A DNA stretch of 64,000 nucleotides from Candidatus Iainarchaeum sp. (GCA_026413945.1 JAOAJX010000002.1:118782-182781), one strand, 5' to 3'; shown: positions 35,929 to 46,001, counted from the stretch's first letter. Numbers and translations are program-made. The notes: generated by a model not told the origin, from the sequence alone.

Positions 35929-36366
35929 ATGAATATGCTACTCGGTATAGGCAATGAACTTAATGGTGATGATGCGATTGGTTGCTACATCGCAAGAAAT
36001 TTCTATATGGAAGATTGGGTGTCCATTGATTGTGGAACAGTGCCTGAAAACTACCTTGGTAAGGTAATAAAAGAGAAGCCACAAGTTCTCATAGTAATAG
36101 ATTCAGCACACATGGGCCTCAGAGCCGGCGAGATCAGACGCATACAGAAAGACAGCGCTTGTTCAGCTTTTGTTAGCACACACACACTTGCGCTGAAGGA
36201 ATTTCTCACGGTTGCTGAAAAGCATGCTGGAAAGATAATTCTCATAGGAATACAACCAAAATCCACTGAAATTGGTGAAGAAATTAGCAAAGAATGCCTT
36301 AAATCTGCTAAAAAAATAACAGGCATTCTGAAAAAAGGCAGTTTTGAAAAAATCCCGTGCTTATGA
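35929..36366 (+). CDS. hycI: Hydrogenase maturation endopeptidase (HycI/HybD family).
   Basis: LLGIGNELNGDDAIG and IVIDSAHMG motifs, 145 aa. Confidence 0.8.
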   Translation: MNMLLGIGNELNGDDAIGCYIARNFYMEDWVSIDCGTVPENYLGKVIKEKPQVLIVIDSAHMGLRAGEIRRIQKDSACSAFVSTHTLALKEFLTVAEKHAGKIILIGIQPKSTEIGEEISKECLKSAKKITGILKKGSFEKIPCL

Positions 36367-36798
36367 CTCCTTCTTTTTGTTTTTCTTTTTCTGGTTTTCC
36401 ATAAAGCCGATCTTTTTATCATAAGTTGAAATTAAAAAGTCTTGCGTTTGTTCTAGGCACTTTACAGGGCATATGTCAACGCATTGGCCACAGAAGGTAC
36501 ATCTTGCTGCGTAATGCACTATTGCATTTAGCTTTTCATCAAACTCAAGCGCAGCGGCAGGACAAACCTTTATACACTGTTTGCATTTAATGCACCTATC
36601 TTTTTCATATTTAAGACGGCCCCTAAATCTTTCTGGAACACTTATTGGTGGATTGAATTTTGCCTTGCCCTTTGACAAATCTGTGATAAACGCCGAAGCA
36701 TTTCTTGGTACACGCTTTGTAGGAAAATTATTGGTTGCCGGCTTCGAAAAAAGCTGTTTAAGCATCTGTTTAACCGAAGAGAGCATACAATTGACCAC
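36361..36798 (-). CDS. mbhN: Mbh subunit N: 2x[4Fe-4S] ferredoxin-type subunit (NuoI-like).
   Basis: Two CxxCxxCxxxCP motifs (CIKCKQCIKVCP and CTFCGQCVDICP). Confidence 0.8.
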   Translation of the reverse strand: MVNCMLSSVKQMLKQLFSKPATNNFPTKRVPRNASAFITDLSKGKAKFNPPISVPERFRGRLKYEKDRCIKCKQCIKVCPAAALEFDEKLNAIVHYAARCTFCGQCVDICPVKCLEQTQDFLISTYDKKIGFMENQKKKNKKKES

Positions 36799-37783
36799 CT
36801 ATGAAAAAATCAAGTATTAACAATAAGAGCCCAAAAAGGGAAATAGTAAAAATTGTAAAAATGTAAAAAGCTGATGCTTGGTCTATTCTAAACCTTGCAG
36901 TAACAGCACTTACAATAAAAACGCTGCAAAACATAACTGCGAAAACTTTGGCTAAGAAGAAAAAGAAGTTAAATATAGGCAAAAAAAACGGATCAAACCC
37001 AAAAAATTGCTCAATATTGCAAGGAAAAAAAAGAAAAACAATAAAAGTTGCAAAGCCAAAGGTACGCAATGCCTGTGTTATGTATAGTAGAGCAAGGTTT
37101 AGCCCACTATACTCTGCAAGCGCTCCATCTGCAATCTCTGTTTTTGCTTCACTCATATCATGAGGTAATTTACCTGCTTTAGCAGGCATCACAGCAAGAG
37201 AGGTGATTAATAGAAGCAATATGCCAACTGTCCCAAAAGGCCCAACTATAAGCCAAGGTGAAGGCCTTGCTTCTAAGTCTACTGAGAAAACTGGCATGTT
37301 TGGCGTTGTTACGGAGTAAAGCCATGACAAAGAAAATACAATTGTTGCGAGAACAAATTCATAGCTTAGCATAAGCACGAGTTCACGTTGTGCGCCAATG
37401 CTTGCAAAGTTAGAGCCAGAAGCAAAGCCACCGATGGCTAAAGCTAATGGAGGAATCACGAGAAGATATAGCACTAAGATTAAATCACCTTGATTTTTCA
37501 GAAGTGCATTTTGGCCAGCAAATGGAACATAAAGGAAAAAAACAAGAGCTGTAGAAATAGCTACAAATGGCATGGTGTTGAAAACCCATTTTACAGCTGT
37601 TTCTGGTACAATGTTCTCTTTCATCAATAGCTTTTTTATATCTATTATTGGTTGCAATATTGGTGGGCCTATTCTTGACTGCATTCTCGCAACAACTTTC
37701 CTTTCAACGCCGTTTAAGATAAGTGCAATTAAAATTGCTAAAAGCATTAAGCCAAAGGCATTTACAATAAAAATGGGTGTCAT
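36770..37783 (-). CDS. mbhM: Mbh subunit M: NuoH-like membrane subunit.
   Basis: Eight TMs and a NuoH/HycD-like sequence, placed between the ferredoxin and large subunits. Confidence 0.75.
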   Translation of the reverse strand: MTPIFIVNAFGLMLLAILIALILNGVERKVVARMQSRIGPPILQPIIDIKKLLMKENIVPETAVKWVFNTMPFVAISTALVFFLYVPFAGQNALLKNQGDLILVLYLLVIPPLALAIGGFASGSNFASIGAQRELVLMLSYEFVLATIVFSLSWLYSVTTPNMPVFSVDLEARPSPWLIVGPFGTVGILLLLITSLAVMPAKAGKLPHDMSEAKTEIADGALAEYSGLNLALLYITQALRTFGFATFIVFLFFPCNIEQFFGFDPFFLPIFNFFFFLAKVFAVMFCSVFIVSAVTARFRIDQASAFYIFTIFTISLFGLLLLILDFFIGGQLYALFG

Positions 37784-39006
37784 TTGGTAGCACCTCTTAA
37801 TCTTCTAGTTTTACCAATGCAAAGCTCGCGAAGTTTTTCCTGATATAATAAAGCACCTTTATCAGCAATAATAGCTCTATTGGCGCAAGACATACAAGGA
37901 TCAATCGAGGCAACTATAACAGGAACATCAGCTAGTTCGCTACCAATAAGCATAGTTCGCAAAACATGAAGGTTCGCGTATGTTGGAGCCCTTATTTTCC
38001 ATGAGCTTGGTGCATCCGCTTTTTCCATTTTTATGTAGTGTATAAGCTCACCACGGGGTGCTTCAACTAGTGCAACACCTTCGCCTTGCACCTGCTTCAA
38101 ATTGAATAGAAGTTTCTGTAGCACAGGCTCAGACACTATAGGGCCCGATGGCATTTCTTTTAAGCACTCTCTTACAATATCTATTGATTGTTTTATTTCG
38201 ATAGCTCGCATCACAACCCTATCATAAACATCTCCGCGAGTTTCTTTAAGCAAAAACTCTGGTGTCAAAGCTTCAATGTCAATATCAGGGTATGCAGCAT
38301 ATGGATAATCTTGCCTTATGTCCTTTTTTACTCCAGATGCCCTAGCTGTAGGACCAACCGCACAAAATCTTAGAGCATCTTTTTTAGAAAGAAAACCAAT
38401 ATCCCGCGTCCTCATCTTTATAGTTTTGTCATCAAGAAAAATATTACACATTTTTCCATAGACTTTTTCATAATAATCCATAGCAGCTCTTATTTTTTCT
38501 GCCTGCGAATCTGATATATCTCGCCTAACGCCACCTATCATCATTATTCCTTTAGTAATCCTATTGCCAGTAAGCATTTCTACTACATCTAAAACTTTCT
38601 CGCGAGTCAACCAAGTATAATGCAAAATTGAATCAAAGCCCATTTCGTGCGCAGCAACACCCAAGAAAAGTAAGTGAGAATGTATTCTTTCAAGCTCAGC
38701 AAATATTGTTCTCAAATACTCAGCTCTCTCTGGTACTGCTATATTTGCAGCGTTTTCAATAGCTATACAAAAAGCCATTGGGTGACATATATTGCAGATA
38801 CCACATACGCGCTCTGCTATATAGAGTGTCTGTATAGGATTTCTCCTTGTGCCAACCCATTCTATGCCGCGGTGCACGTGACCTAATGTGATGTTAACAT
38901 CGGTTACTCGCTCGCCGCTTACTGAAACTTCGATCTGCACCGGCTCCTTAAGGGCTGGGTGAATTGGCCCAATAGGTATATTGACTTTCTTTTCATTATC
39001 AGCCAT
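37780..39006 (-). CDS. mbhL: Mbh subunit L: group 4 [NiFe]-hydrogenase large catalytic subunit.
   Basis: The N-terminal RVCGICNICH (CxxC) and C-terminal DPCMSCANR (DPCxxC) nickel-ligand motifs are both intact. Confidence 0.85.
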   Translation of the reverse strand: MADNEKKVNIPIGPIHPALKEPVQIEVSVSGERVTDVNITLGHVHRGIEWVGTRRNPIQTLYIAERVCGICNICHPMAFCIAIENAANIAVPERAEYLRTIFAELERIHSHLLFLGVAAHEMGFDSILHYTWLTREKVLDVVEMLTGNRITKGIMMIGGVRRDISDSQAEKIRAAMDYYEKVYGKMCNIFLDDKTIKMRTRDIGFLSKKDALRFCAVGPTARASGVKKDIRQDYPYAAYPDIDIEALTPEFLLKETRGDVYDRVVMRAIEIKQSIDIVRECLKEMPSGPIVSEPVLQKLLFNLKQVQGEGVALVEAPRGELIHYIKMEKADAPSSWKIRAPTYANLHVLRTMLIGSELADVPVIVASIDPCMSCANRAIIADKGALLYQEKLRELCIGKTRRLRGATK

Positions 39007-39520
39007 TCTTTTCACCATTGTGGATATTTTTGGCAAATTTTGATGCACCCTTTTCATCTTTTCTCCATGGGTGAACCCCTGCTAGCGACTCATCAAGAAA
39101 TGCATTGCCTGGTGGGAGCCCTCTAAATTCAATACCAAAGAATTCCCTTTTCTCCTTCTCTGAAATCTCTGCACCCGGAATAATGTCAGTTATTGTATCA
39201 ATCACTGGTGAGCTTTTTGGCAATTTCACACGCAGCGTAAGAAGAACCTGCGACTTTGGTTTTGCATAATTAAGTGCAAAATGATAGAGTAGTTCTATTT
39301 CATTCCCAAGGTCTGTTCCTGAAGAAACTGAAAAATGTGGATCCTTCTGCAGCAAAGAAATCTTTCTAACAACGCCATGGATATTTTTTGGATCAATTGT
39401 TGCCCATAACCGGAATGCTTTTGCTTTGCTTTTTCCATGCTGAGTTTCAGAAACCACAATATCTTTAGTTTCATTGCTTAGCAGATTCTTTAATTCGTTG
39501 ACAAAACTTTCTGTATTCAT
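38999..39520 (-). CDS. mbhK: Mbh subunit K: NuoC-like.
   Basis: NuoC/HycE N-domain-like, ~170 aa, in the conserved position. Confidence 0.7.
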   Translation of the reverse strand: MNTESFVNELKNLLSNETKDIVVSETQHGKSKAKAFRLWATIDPKNIHGVVRKISLLQKDPHFSVSSGTDLGNEIELLYHFALNYAKPKSQVLLTLRVKLPKSSPVIDTITDIIPGAEISEKEKREFFGIEFRGLPPGNAFLDESLAGVHPWRKDEKGASKFAKNIHNGEKNG

Positions 39521-40002
39521 TTTTTCACCTTTGTCTTTTCAAGTTTTGCCCAAGCCTTTGCGATACCCTCTATAATAGCTTCAGGCCTTGGTGGGCATCC
39601 ATGGACATAAACATCAACAGGTATGAGCTTGTCAACAGGCCCTTCTATGTTGTAAGATTCATAGAAAACACCACATGTTGAGCCACAGTTCCCAACAACA
39701 ACAACAAGCTTCGGCTCAGGTGTCTGCTCATATACGCGCAAAAGCTTGTCTTTCATCTGCCTTGTCACTGGGCCGGTAACAAGCAAAACATCCGCGTGCC
39801 TGGGTGTTCCAACTAGCTTTATGCCAAAACGTTCAACATCATAGCGCGGAGTTAGAGCTGCAACAATCTCTATGTCGCAGCCATTGCAAGAACCAGCATT
39901 CACATGAAAAACCCATAATGAGCGTTTCAAGGCATCTATACCCAAATAAACACCCCTATTGAAAATACTATTAGCAAGATTGAGGCAACAACTATGAACC
40001 AA
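39517..40002 (-). CDS. mbhJ: Mbh subunit J: NuoB-like hydrogenase small subunit.
   Basis: The [4Fe-4S] ligands GSCNGCD and HGCPPRPE are present. Confidence 0.85.
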   Translation of the reverse strand: MVHSCCLNLANSIFNRGVYLGIDALKRSLWVFHVNAGSCNGCDIEIVAALTPRYDVERFGIKLVGTPRHADVLLVTGPVTRQMKDKLLRVYEQTPEPKLVVVVGNCGSTCGVFYESYNIEGPVDKLIPVDVYVHGCPPRPEAIIEGIAKAWAKLEKTKVKK

Positions 40003-40280
40003 AAAATGTAATCATTTACTAAGCCAGTATGAATGCCTTTTGTTAAACTATAGTAGTTTTCAGTTGATTTAAAAAAGCCCCAAAAGTAATCGCTTGCTTT
40101 TATTATTTCATAAGCGGAAGGATCATGGCCGGAAATGAACGGTTTTGCTTTCTCCTTGCTATACGCAAAATCTTTTCTACCTAAAAATGAGAAAACATAT
40201 GACAAAAGCATGGCTAAGCATGTGAAAAGCAAAAATGCAAGTGGAACCCAAAGGCCGTGATGTGTCTCTACAAAGCTCAA
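39936..40280 (-). CDS. mbhI: Mbh subunit I: small membrane subunit.
   Basis: Two to three TMs in the position of mbhI. The true start may be internal, because the ORF overlaps mbhJ by 67 nt. Confidence 0.5.
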   Translation of the reverse strand: MSFVETHHGLWVPLAFLLFTCLAMLLSYVFSFLGRKDFAYSKEKAKPFISGHDPSAYEIIKASDYFWGFFKSTENYYSLTKGIHTGLVNDYIFWFIVVASILLIVFSIGVFIWV

Positions 40281-41824
40281 AAAACCGCCTCCAAGTAAGC
40301 ACCTTGGCTTAAAAGCGCTTTTGCAGCTGGTTCAATTATTGCCTTCAGCACGCTGTCTGGGAAAAGGCCGAAAGATATTATGCAAAGCGCTAGCAGAGAC
40401 ATTGCGACAAGCATTGGCTTCGGCACTTCTTTGATATTTTTAAGCTCCTCACGTTCCGGCCCGAGAAAAGCCGAGCAGAATATCTTTACAAAGGAGATAA
40501 GTGTGAGCATGCTAACTATAACTGCAATTATTGAAAGCAGTGGATTGAAAACAAAAACGGATTCATATATCAAAAACTTTGAGGCAAAGCCATTTGTTGG
40601 TGGCAATCCTGCGATTGCTGCAGCACCTATTATGAAAAAAATTGTTGTAAATGGCATCTTTCTTGCTATGCCGCCAATCTTGTTTAGGTCTCTTTCTTTG
40701 GTTGCATATATTATTGCACCGGCTGTTAGGAACAAAAGACCTTTATAGAGAGCGTGATTTATTATGTGAAATATGCCCCCTTCCATTGCCAACAGGCCGT
40801 GTGAATAAAAAGTGGTGTTTATTGAAAAAAGGCCTACGCCTACCCCTAGGAGCATGTAGCCGGTTTGCGAAACAGCATGATATGCCATAAGTCGCTTTAT
40901 GTCCTTTTGCACCAAGGCCATTGTAACCCCAATAAACATTGATAGCAGCCCAAAGGTAATTATGGCTAAGGCAACTAACTGTATAAGCGAAAAACCGGCA
41001 AAAAGCATAAATGAAACCCTGAAAAGTGCATAAAGTGATGCTTGGCTAGATACTACCAGAAAAGCAGTTACAGCTGATGGGGCTCGCCCATAAGCGTCTG
41101 GCACCCAGAAATGCATTGGCACTGAGCCGCATTTCATAGCTAAGCCAGCTATGAGAAGCACCATAGCAAAAACATCAACAAATGAAAATTTAATTGCCCT
41201 TGAAACAGCAGCAATATTAAGCATGCCATATTGCCCATAAAGTATGCCTATTCCAAAAAGAATCATAAGAGAAGCTACAGCGCTAACTATGAGATAATTG
41301 TAAGCTGATATCAAAGACAGTGGCTTTTCTTTTCTAAAAGCTATAAGACCTGTTGAGCTTATTGAAAGAATCTCTATGAAAACAAATAAGTTGAAAAGGT
41401 CTCCTGTGCAAAGAATGCCAAATACGGACGCAGCCATAATAAAGAACAAGCTAAAGTATTTGCCAAAACCCTTACGAATAGAACCAAAAGAATAGATTGT
41501 TGAAACAAAAAATATTATGCTTGAGCTGAGAATCATGAATGCTGAGAAAGCATCAGCAACAAGAACTATTCTTACTGGTACTCTCAATCCAGACGGCATT
41601 GTAAGCCCTGGTTCTGTTGCACCCAACGTATAAACCAAAGTTCCAGATACAAAAATAGTATACGAAACAAAAAATCCAATTGTTACGGTAACAATAACTG
41701 AAAAAATTATGTAAAGGTTTCTTAAAAATCTGTTAATCTTCTCAAAAAGCGGTGTTAAGAATGCAGAAAGCAAAGGAACTGCTATTAGCAATGCAATACC
41801 ATTAGTAGAAAAAAACTCAATCAT
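40277..41824 (-). CDS. mbhH: Mbh subunit H: MrpD/NuoL-like antiporter-type membrane subunit.
   Basis: 515 aa, ~14 TMs, with a NuoL/M/N family pattern. Confidence 0.8.
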   Translation of the reverse strand: MIEFFSTNGIALLIAVPLLSAFLTPLFEKINRFLRNLYIIFSVIVTVTIGFFVSYTIFVSGTLVYTLGATEPGLTMPSGLRVPVRIVLVADAFSAFMILSSSIIFFVSTIYSFGSIRKGFGKYFSLFFIMAASVFGILCTGDLFNLFVFIEILSISSTGLIAFRKEKPLSLISAYNYLIVSAVASLMILFGIGILYGQYGMLNIAAVSRAIKFSFVDVFAMVLLIAGLAMKCGSVPMHFWVPDAYGRAPSAVTAFLVVSSQASLYALFRVSFMLFAGFSLIQLVALAIITFGLLSMFIGVTMALVQKDIKRLMAYHAVSQTGYMLLGVGVGLFSINTTFYSHGLLAMEGGIFHIINHALYKGLLFLTAGAIIYATKERDLNKIGGIARKMPFTTIFFIIGAAAIAGLPPTNGFASKFLIYESVFVFNPLLSIIAVIVSMLTLISFVKIFCSAFLGPEREELKNIKEVPKPMLVAMSLLALCIISFGLFPDSVLKAIIEPAAKALLSQGAYLEAVF

Positions 41825-42185
41825 TACTAAGAGCCTCCTTTATGTCTCTAATGTCAAGCGATTTCGTTTTTCTGTAAAGCAAAACTGAAAGTGAAAGCAT
41901 TAATGCAGTTACAGCCAAACTAATTACTATGCTTGTAAGTGTTAATGCTTGTGGCACTGGCAAAACCATTTTTAATTGTGATTGAGAGGGATCTATTGGT
42001 GCATCTGTAAATATTGGCGCTATGCCGCAATACCTATAGCCAAGTGAGATTAAGAAAAGATTCACTGCTGAAGCAATTATAGCCAATCCCATGGTGATTT
42101 TTATCATGTTGCTCCTAAAGACTAAAGCATAGAAGCCAACCAGCGAAAGAAGTGCAACTGCCAAGAAGTATGAGTTTAAAATCAA
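41817..42185 (-). CDS. mbhG: Mbh subunit G: MrpC/NuoK-like.
   Basis: 122 aa, three TMs. Confidence 0.6.
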   Translation of the reverse strand: MILNSYFLAVALLSLVGFYALVFRSNMIKITMGLAIIASAVNLFLISLGYRYCGIAPIFTDAPIDPSQSQLKMVLPVPQALTLTSIVISLAVTALMLSLSVLLYRKTKSLDIRDIKEALSND

Positions 42186-42186
42186 A

Positions 42187-42681
42187 TTAATCAGCTCCCT
42201 TAAAAATTAAAAAGAATATTAATGTTAGCCCGCAGCAAACCTCGAGCCCAACAAAGAAATTCATTAATGGGATAACACCTGCGCTACTGAAGATTCCAGA
42301 ATTTGGACCGAAAGGTACCTTTTCGCCAAATAAAACCCCACTATTTGCCAAAAAATTAAAGAAAAATGTATTGCCCATACCTAAGAAAGCAATGCCTATA
42401 AAGCCAATTAATGCAATGCATTCCAAAGCAACGAGTACTTCTCCTTTAATGCTTTCAATTGCCTTCTTTCCTAAACTTACAAAAAGCAGTGCAAAGGCAG
42501 TTGCCATTATTGCACCACCCTGAAAACCACCGCCTGGCGTAAGATGGCCATGTGCAATTACATAAATACCAAAGGTTATAATCGGAACCATTAACCCCAA
42601 CGCAGCAAATTCAATTATTTTTGAATTCTTCTCGTTTTCCGCGTGCAATTCACTTCCTCCTAAATAAAAGGAAAACACCAC
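42187..42681 (-). CDS. mbhF: Mbh subunit F: MrpB-like membrane subunit.
   Basis: 164 aa polytopic protein in the conserved position. Confidence 0.55.
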   Translation of the reverse strand: MVFSFYLGGSELHAENEKNSKIIEFAALGLMVPIITFGIYVIAHGHLTPGGGFQGGAIMATAFALLFVSLGKKAIESIKGEVLVALECIALIGFIGIAFLGMGNTFFFNFLANSGVLFGEKVPFGPNSGIFSSAGVIPLMNFFVGLEVCCGLTLIFFLIFKGAD

Positions 42682-42907
42682 TCACTGCAGCAAATAGCAC
42701 AGTAGATTCTCCAAGTGTATCGAAGCCACGATAGTCAAACACTACTGCTGACACGACATTATTGCAAGCGGCCTCTTTCTGCGAATTTTCTATGATATAG
42801 TGATCCATTGATGTTCTTTGTGGAGAGCCAAAAGGCCTTAGCATCAACATTGCAAAAACGAAAAAAAAAGCGAATATCGAAAAGAACACAAGCTTAAGTT
42901 GTTTCAT
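42650..42907 (-). CDS. mbhE: Mbh subunit E: small membrane subunit.
   Basis: 85 aa, hydrophobic, in the conserved position. Confidence 0.5.
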   Translation of the reverse strand: MKQLKLVFFSIFAFFFVFAMLMLRPFGSPQRTSMDHYIIENSQKEAACNNVVSAVVFDYRGFDTLGESTVLFAAVSGVFLLFRRK

Positions 42908-43140
42908 TTTTCCACCCTTGAAGTATGTTTTATCGCTAGCACAAAAATTGCTGTGCTAAGACAGGCACCAACTGCCGCTTCGGTTATAGCAACATCTGGT
43001 GCCTGCAAGAGATAATATTGCAGTGCCAAAAGCAAACTCATTACTGCAAGAAACGCTGTGCTTATGAGCAAGTCTTTTACTTTCACAGCAAGCGCAGCAC
43101 TAAGAACTATTAGCATCAGTGAAAGTGACTCAATAATCAT
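42904..43140 (-). CDS. mbhD: Mbh subunit D: small membrane subunit.
   Basis: 78 aa, two TMs. Confidence 0.5.
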   Translation of the reverse strand: MIIESLSLMLIVLSAALAVKVKDLLISTAFLAVMSLLLALQYYLLQAPDVAITEAAVGACLSTAIFVLAIKHTSRVEK

Positions 43141-43469
43141 TCCTTCACCTTCGCAAGTGCGTCATCGAATGCTAACTTCGGCTTTAGGCCTGATTTATAA
43201 GCGGCCCTTGTTATAGCATGTGAGCCTGTTGCACTACCTATGAAAAGAAAAATAAGCGCTAAGAAGGAATGCAACCCAAGTGAAAATAGACCATTGGCAA
43301 TTGCATAAAGTATGACACCAAATATGATGCCCATTGCACCAAAGGTTGTGCAAAGTGTTCCAGCATGTGCTCTGGCGTATGCATCAGGGAATCTGTGGAG
43401 GCCTATTGCTCCAAGCAAATGAAATATAAAACCAAGTGCGAGCAATGCAATAACAAGCCCAGCCATCAT
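43137..43469 (-). CDS. mbhC: Mbh subunit C: MrpG-like.
   Basis: 110 aa, three TMs, MnhG-like. Confidence 0.55.
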   Translation of the reverse strand: MMAGLVIALLALGFIFHLLGAIGLHRFPDAYARAHAGTLCTTFGAMGIIFGVILYAIANGLFSLGLHSFLALIFLFIGSATGSHAITRAAYKSGLKPKLAFDDALAKVKE

Positions 43470-43750
43470 TTTTTCACCATGTAATTTGCAAAGTAAAGCG
43501 TGCTTCCAAAGGAAAATATAGAGTAAACTATGGCTACGTCAACAAATATTGAATGCCGGTAGTATGCTGCTAACAGAATTAATGCACACACAACAATAGT
43601 GGTTGCTACATCTAAGCTAATAACCCTATCAGCAATTGTCGGCCCTAGTGCAATTCGCAAAATTGCGATCGCCAAAGGCAGCATTAAAGATATTGCTGCT
43701 GAAAGCAAAATGAGCTCCAAAGCAATCATGAAGCAATCCTCCGAATCCAT
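43466..43750 (-). CDS. mbhB: Mbh subunit B: MrpF-like.
   Basis: 94 aa, three TMs. Confidence 0.55.
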   Translation of the reverse strand: MDSEDCFMIALELILLSAAISLMLPLAIAILRIALGPTIADRVISLDVATTIVVCALILLAAYYRHSIFVDVAIVYSIFSFGSTLYFANYMVKK

Positions 43751-44265
43751 TTGTGAAAGTTTCCGCAGACATCTTCAATTTTCGGCTTTGGACCTTTAGA
43801 ATTAAGACAGTGGATATAAAGCTTTCCATTACGCTCATCAAGAGTTAGTGTGCCAGGAGTCAGAGTTATTGAATTTCCAAGCAAAACCAATGCAATGCTG
43901 TTCTTAAGCTTTGGTTCTATTTCCACAATTGCTGTCTTAGTTTTACCAGTTATAACAATGTATGCAACAGTAAGATTTGCTTTTATAAGAGCAAAAAGAA
44001 ATGGACCCAACACATAAACACAAAAGACGAACCATCTAAAAGGATTTAAATATTTTAACTGGAAATTTATATCCAGTCTCATTAGAATTAAGTTCGCTAT
44101 CAGCGATGGAAATAATGAAAAAATAGGGCCTAAAATCAATGATTCTGCACTCCATAAAATAATATTTCCCGAGAAAGCTGTTAGAAATAACCAAAAAGCC
44201 AAAGATAAGAGGTAAAAAAATACAAAAAATTTCAAGATCTCACCAGGCGTTTTAAAATTTTTCAT
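43726..44265 (-). CDS. mbhA: Mbh subunit A: MrpE-like.
   Basis: 179 aa with N-terminal TMs and a soluble C-terminal domain. It is the first gene of the 14-gene cluster. Confidence 0.55.
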   Translation of the reverse strand: MKNFKTPGEILKFFVFFYLLSLAFWLFLTAFSGNIILWSAESLILGPIFSLFPSLIANLILMRLDINFQLKYLNPFRWFVFCVYVLGPFLFALIKANLTVAYIVITGKTKTAIVEIEPKLKNSIALVLLGNSITLTPGTLTLDERNGKLYIHCLNSKGPKPKIEDVCGNFHKWIRRIAS

Positions 44266-44343
44266 TTTGGCGCCATATTTACGATTTTATAGAAGCAATT
44301 AAGCCAGGTAATCTTTTTATTTTTTTTGTGGTGTATTGTGGTA

Positions 44344-45300
44344 ATGGAAAAAGGAGCTAAGCTTGTTTTCGCAACTGCACTAGTAAGTGGCGTTAGCATA
44401 TTCTTGAATTCTGTGGCAGTAAATACCCTAAAAGTTGAAGGAATGAATTCTTTGATATTTACTACACTAAATAATCTGCTTGTTGCGATAATGCTTGGGT
44501 TAGCTATATTAATGTTGGGAAAAAAACCATGTATAATATTTGAGAGAAAGCTTCTGTCGAGATTCATAGTAATAGGCCTGATAGGTGGTTGTCTGCCCTT
44601 CTTCATGTATTTTCACGCCCTTTCGCTTATTACATCACCAGCACAAGCCGGCTTTATACACAAAACCCTTTTTATATGGGCAACATTCTTTGCAATTTTT
44701 CTGATAAAAGAGAGGGTTAACATTTGGTTTTTTGTTGCTAGTTTGCTGCTATTGGCAGGCAATTATTTTATGAGTATGCCAAAAGCCGTGTTTGGCTTCG
44801 CGGAAGCGCTTGCATTAGGCGCAACAATTCTTTGGGCCCTTGAAAATGTAATAGCAAGAAAAATGCTTATAAAAGAAAAGATTGGCGGCCTTGACTTAGC
44901 TTTTGCAAGGATGTTTTATGGATCAATCTTTATGGTCATTGGATTGCTTATATTTATGCCAGCAACGGTGTTCTCACCAAAAATTGGTTATAGTGCACTC
45001 ATGTGGTTAGTAATAACAGCATTGATGTTATTGCTATACGTCTCAACATACTATAGTGGCTTAAAGCACATAGAGGTTCATAAGGCAACAAGCATTCTTC
45101 TGATAGAACAGCCCATAACTTTATTACTCTCATTTGCTTTTGAACAAACAACAGCATCTACATTAAGGCAAAGTGATGTTATAAGTGATGTTATTGGCGC
45201 TAGTTTAATATTGTTTGGAATTTTTGCTCTTTTCAGTGCTTCTCATTTGATTGGCAAAGTAATTCACAAGGTGCCTATGTGGGTAAAATCGAAGCATTAA
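44344..45300 (+). CDS. EamA/DMT-family transporter.
   Basis: Ten TMs arranged as two EamA-like repeats. Confidence 0.6.
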   Translation: MEKGAKLVFATALVSGVSIFLNSVAVNTLKVEGMNSLIFTTLNNLLVAIMLGLAILMLGKKPCIIFERKLLSRFIVIGLIGGCLPFFMYFHALSLITSPAQAGFIHKTLFIWATFFAIFLIKERVNIWFFVASLLLLAGNYFMSMPKAVFGFAEALALGATILWALENVIARKMLIKEKIGGLDLAFARMFYGSIFMVIGLLIFMPATVFSPKIGYSALMWLVITALMLLLYVSTYYSGLKHIEVHKATSILLIEQPITLLLSFAFEQTTASTLRQSDVISDVIGASLILFGIFALFSASHLIGKVIHKVPMWVKSKH

Positions 45301-46001
45301 GCAGGGCATGCAAATATGCCCTTGCGCCAAACAAATTGGGCTATTGTGGTAAATGCGATTATAGTGAAATTTACATTTCATTTTTAAAAAACCCAAAACA
45401 AGAAGATGTGCCAAAAATAGAAGAATCATTAAAATCATTCAGGGCAATGTATTCATACCTTAAGCTCATAGCAGAATACAACAACGTTAACCCATTCTCT
45501 GAAAAAGCAATTGAGGCCTACTGGCTTGGGAACTCTTTGCTCGACAACGTGCCTGTTGAAGCTGTAAAAAGCCTTATAAAAAACGATTTCATTGAAATAC
45601 CACTTAAACAAAGAGAGATGAAAGCCGATTTCTTGAAAAAAAAAGTTTTGTTGCAGCACTCATTCCATGTCCTTTATATAAACTTTCTCAACCCCAGATT
45701 AAAGCCAATAGCAAAAAATATGGATAATTGCATAGTAAAATATGGTAAAGTTTTAGAAATTTGGAAAGACAAAGTCAAGACGAAAAGTATGGCGCTTAGT
45801 TACAACTTGGGCGAAATTAAAGTTATGGAGAAAGTGCTTTCTTTTGAAAACCCTTATAGATATGATCTTAAAAAAGGTGATCTTGTATCAGCACATTGGG
45901 GCAACATAATCGAAAAAATAGATAAGATTGGCAAGAGCAAAATAAAAGAATCTACATTTAGCAATCTTGCACTTGCAAACTCATATTTGGGGCATTTTTG
46001 A
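45279..46001 (+). CDS. Hypothetical protein.
   Basis: An ORF of 240 aa with coding-like composition and a GTG start overlapping the preceding gene. Confidence 0.3.
   Translation: MGKIEALSRACKYALAPNKLGYCGKCDYSEIYISFLKNPKQEDVPKIEESLKSFRAMYSYLKLIAEYNNVNPFSEKAIEAYWLGNSLLDNVPVEAVKSLIKNDFIEIPLKQREMKADFLKKKVLLQHSFHVLYINFLNPRLKPIAKNMDNCIVKYGKVLEIWKDKVKTKSMALSYNLGEIKVMEKVLSFENPYRYDLKKGDLVSAHWGNIIEKIDKIGKSKIKESTFSNLALANSYLGHF

Noticed and set aside
36361-44265. Considered Mbx/Mbs (sulfur-reducing) or an Mrp-only antiporter identity for the cluster.
   Set aside because: The large subunit retains both the CxxC and DPCxxC nickel-ligand motifs. A NuoB-like small subunit and hycI are present. This favours a genuine [NiFe] hydrogenase.
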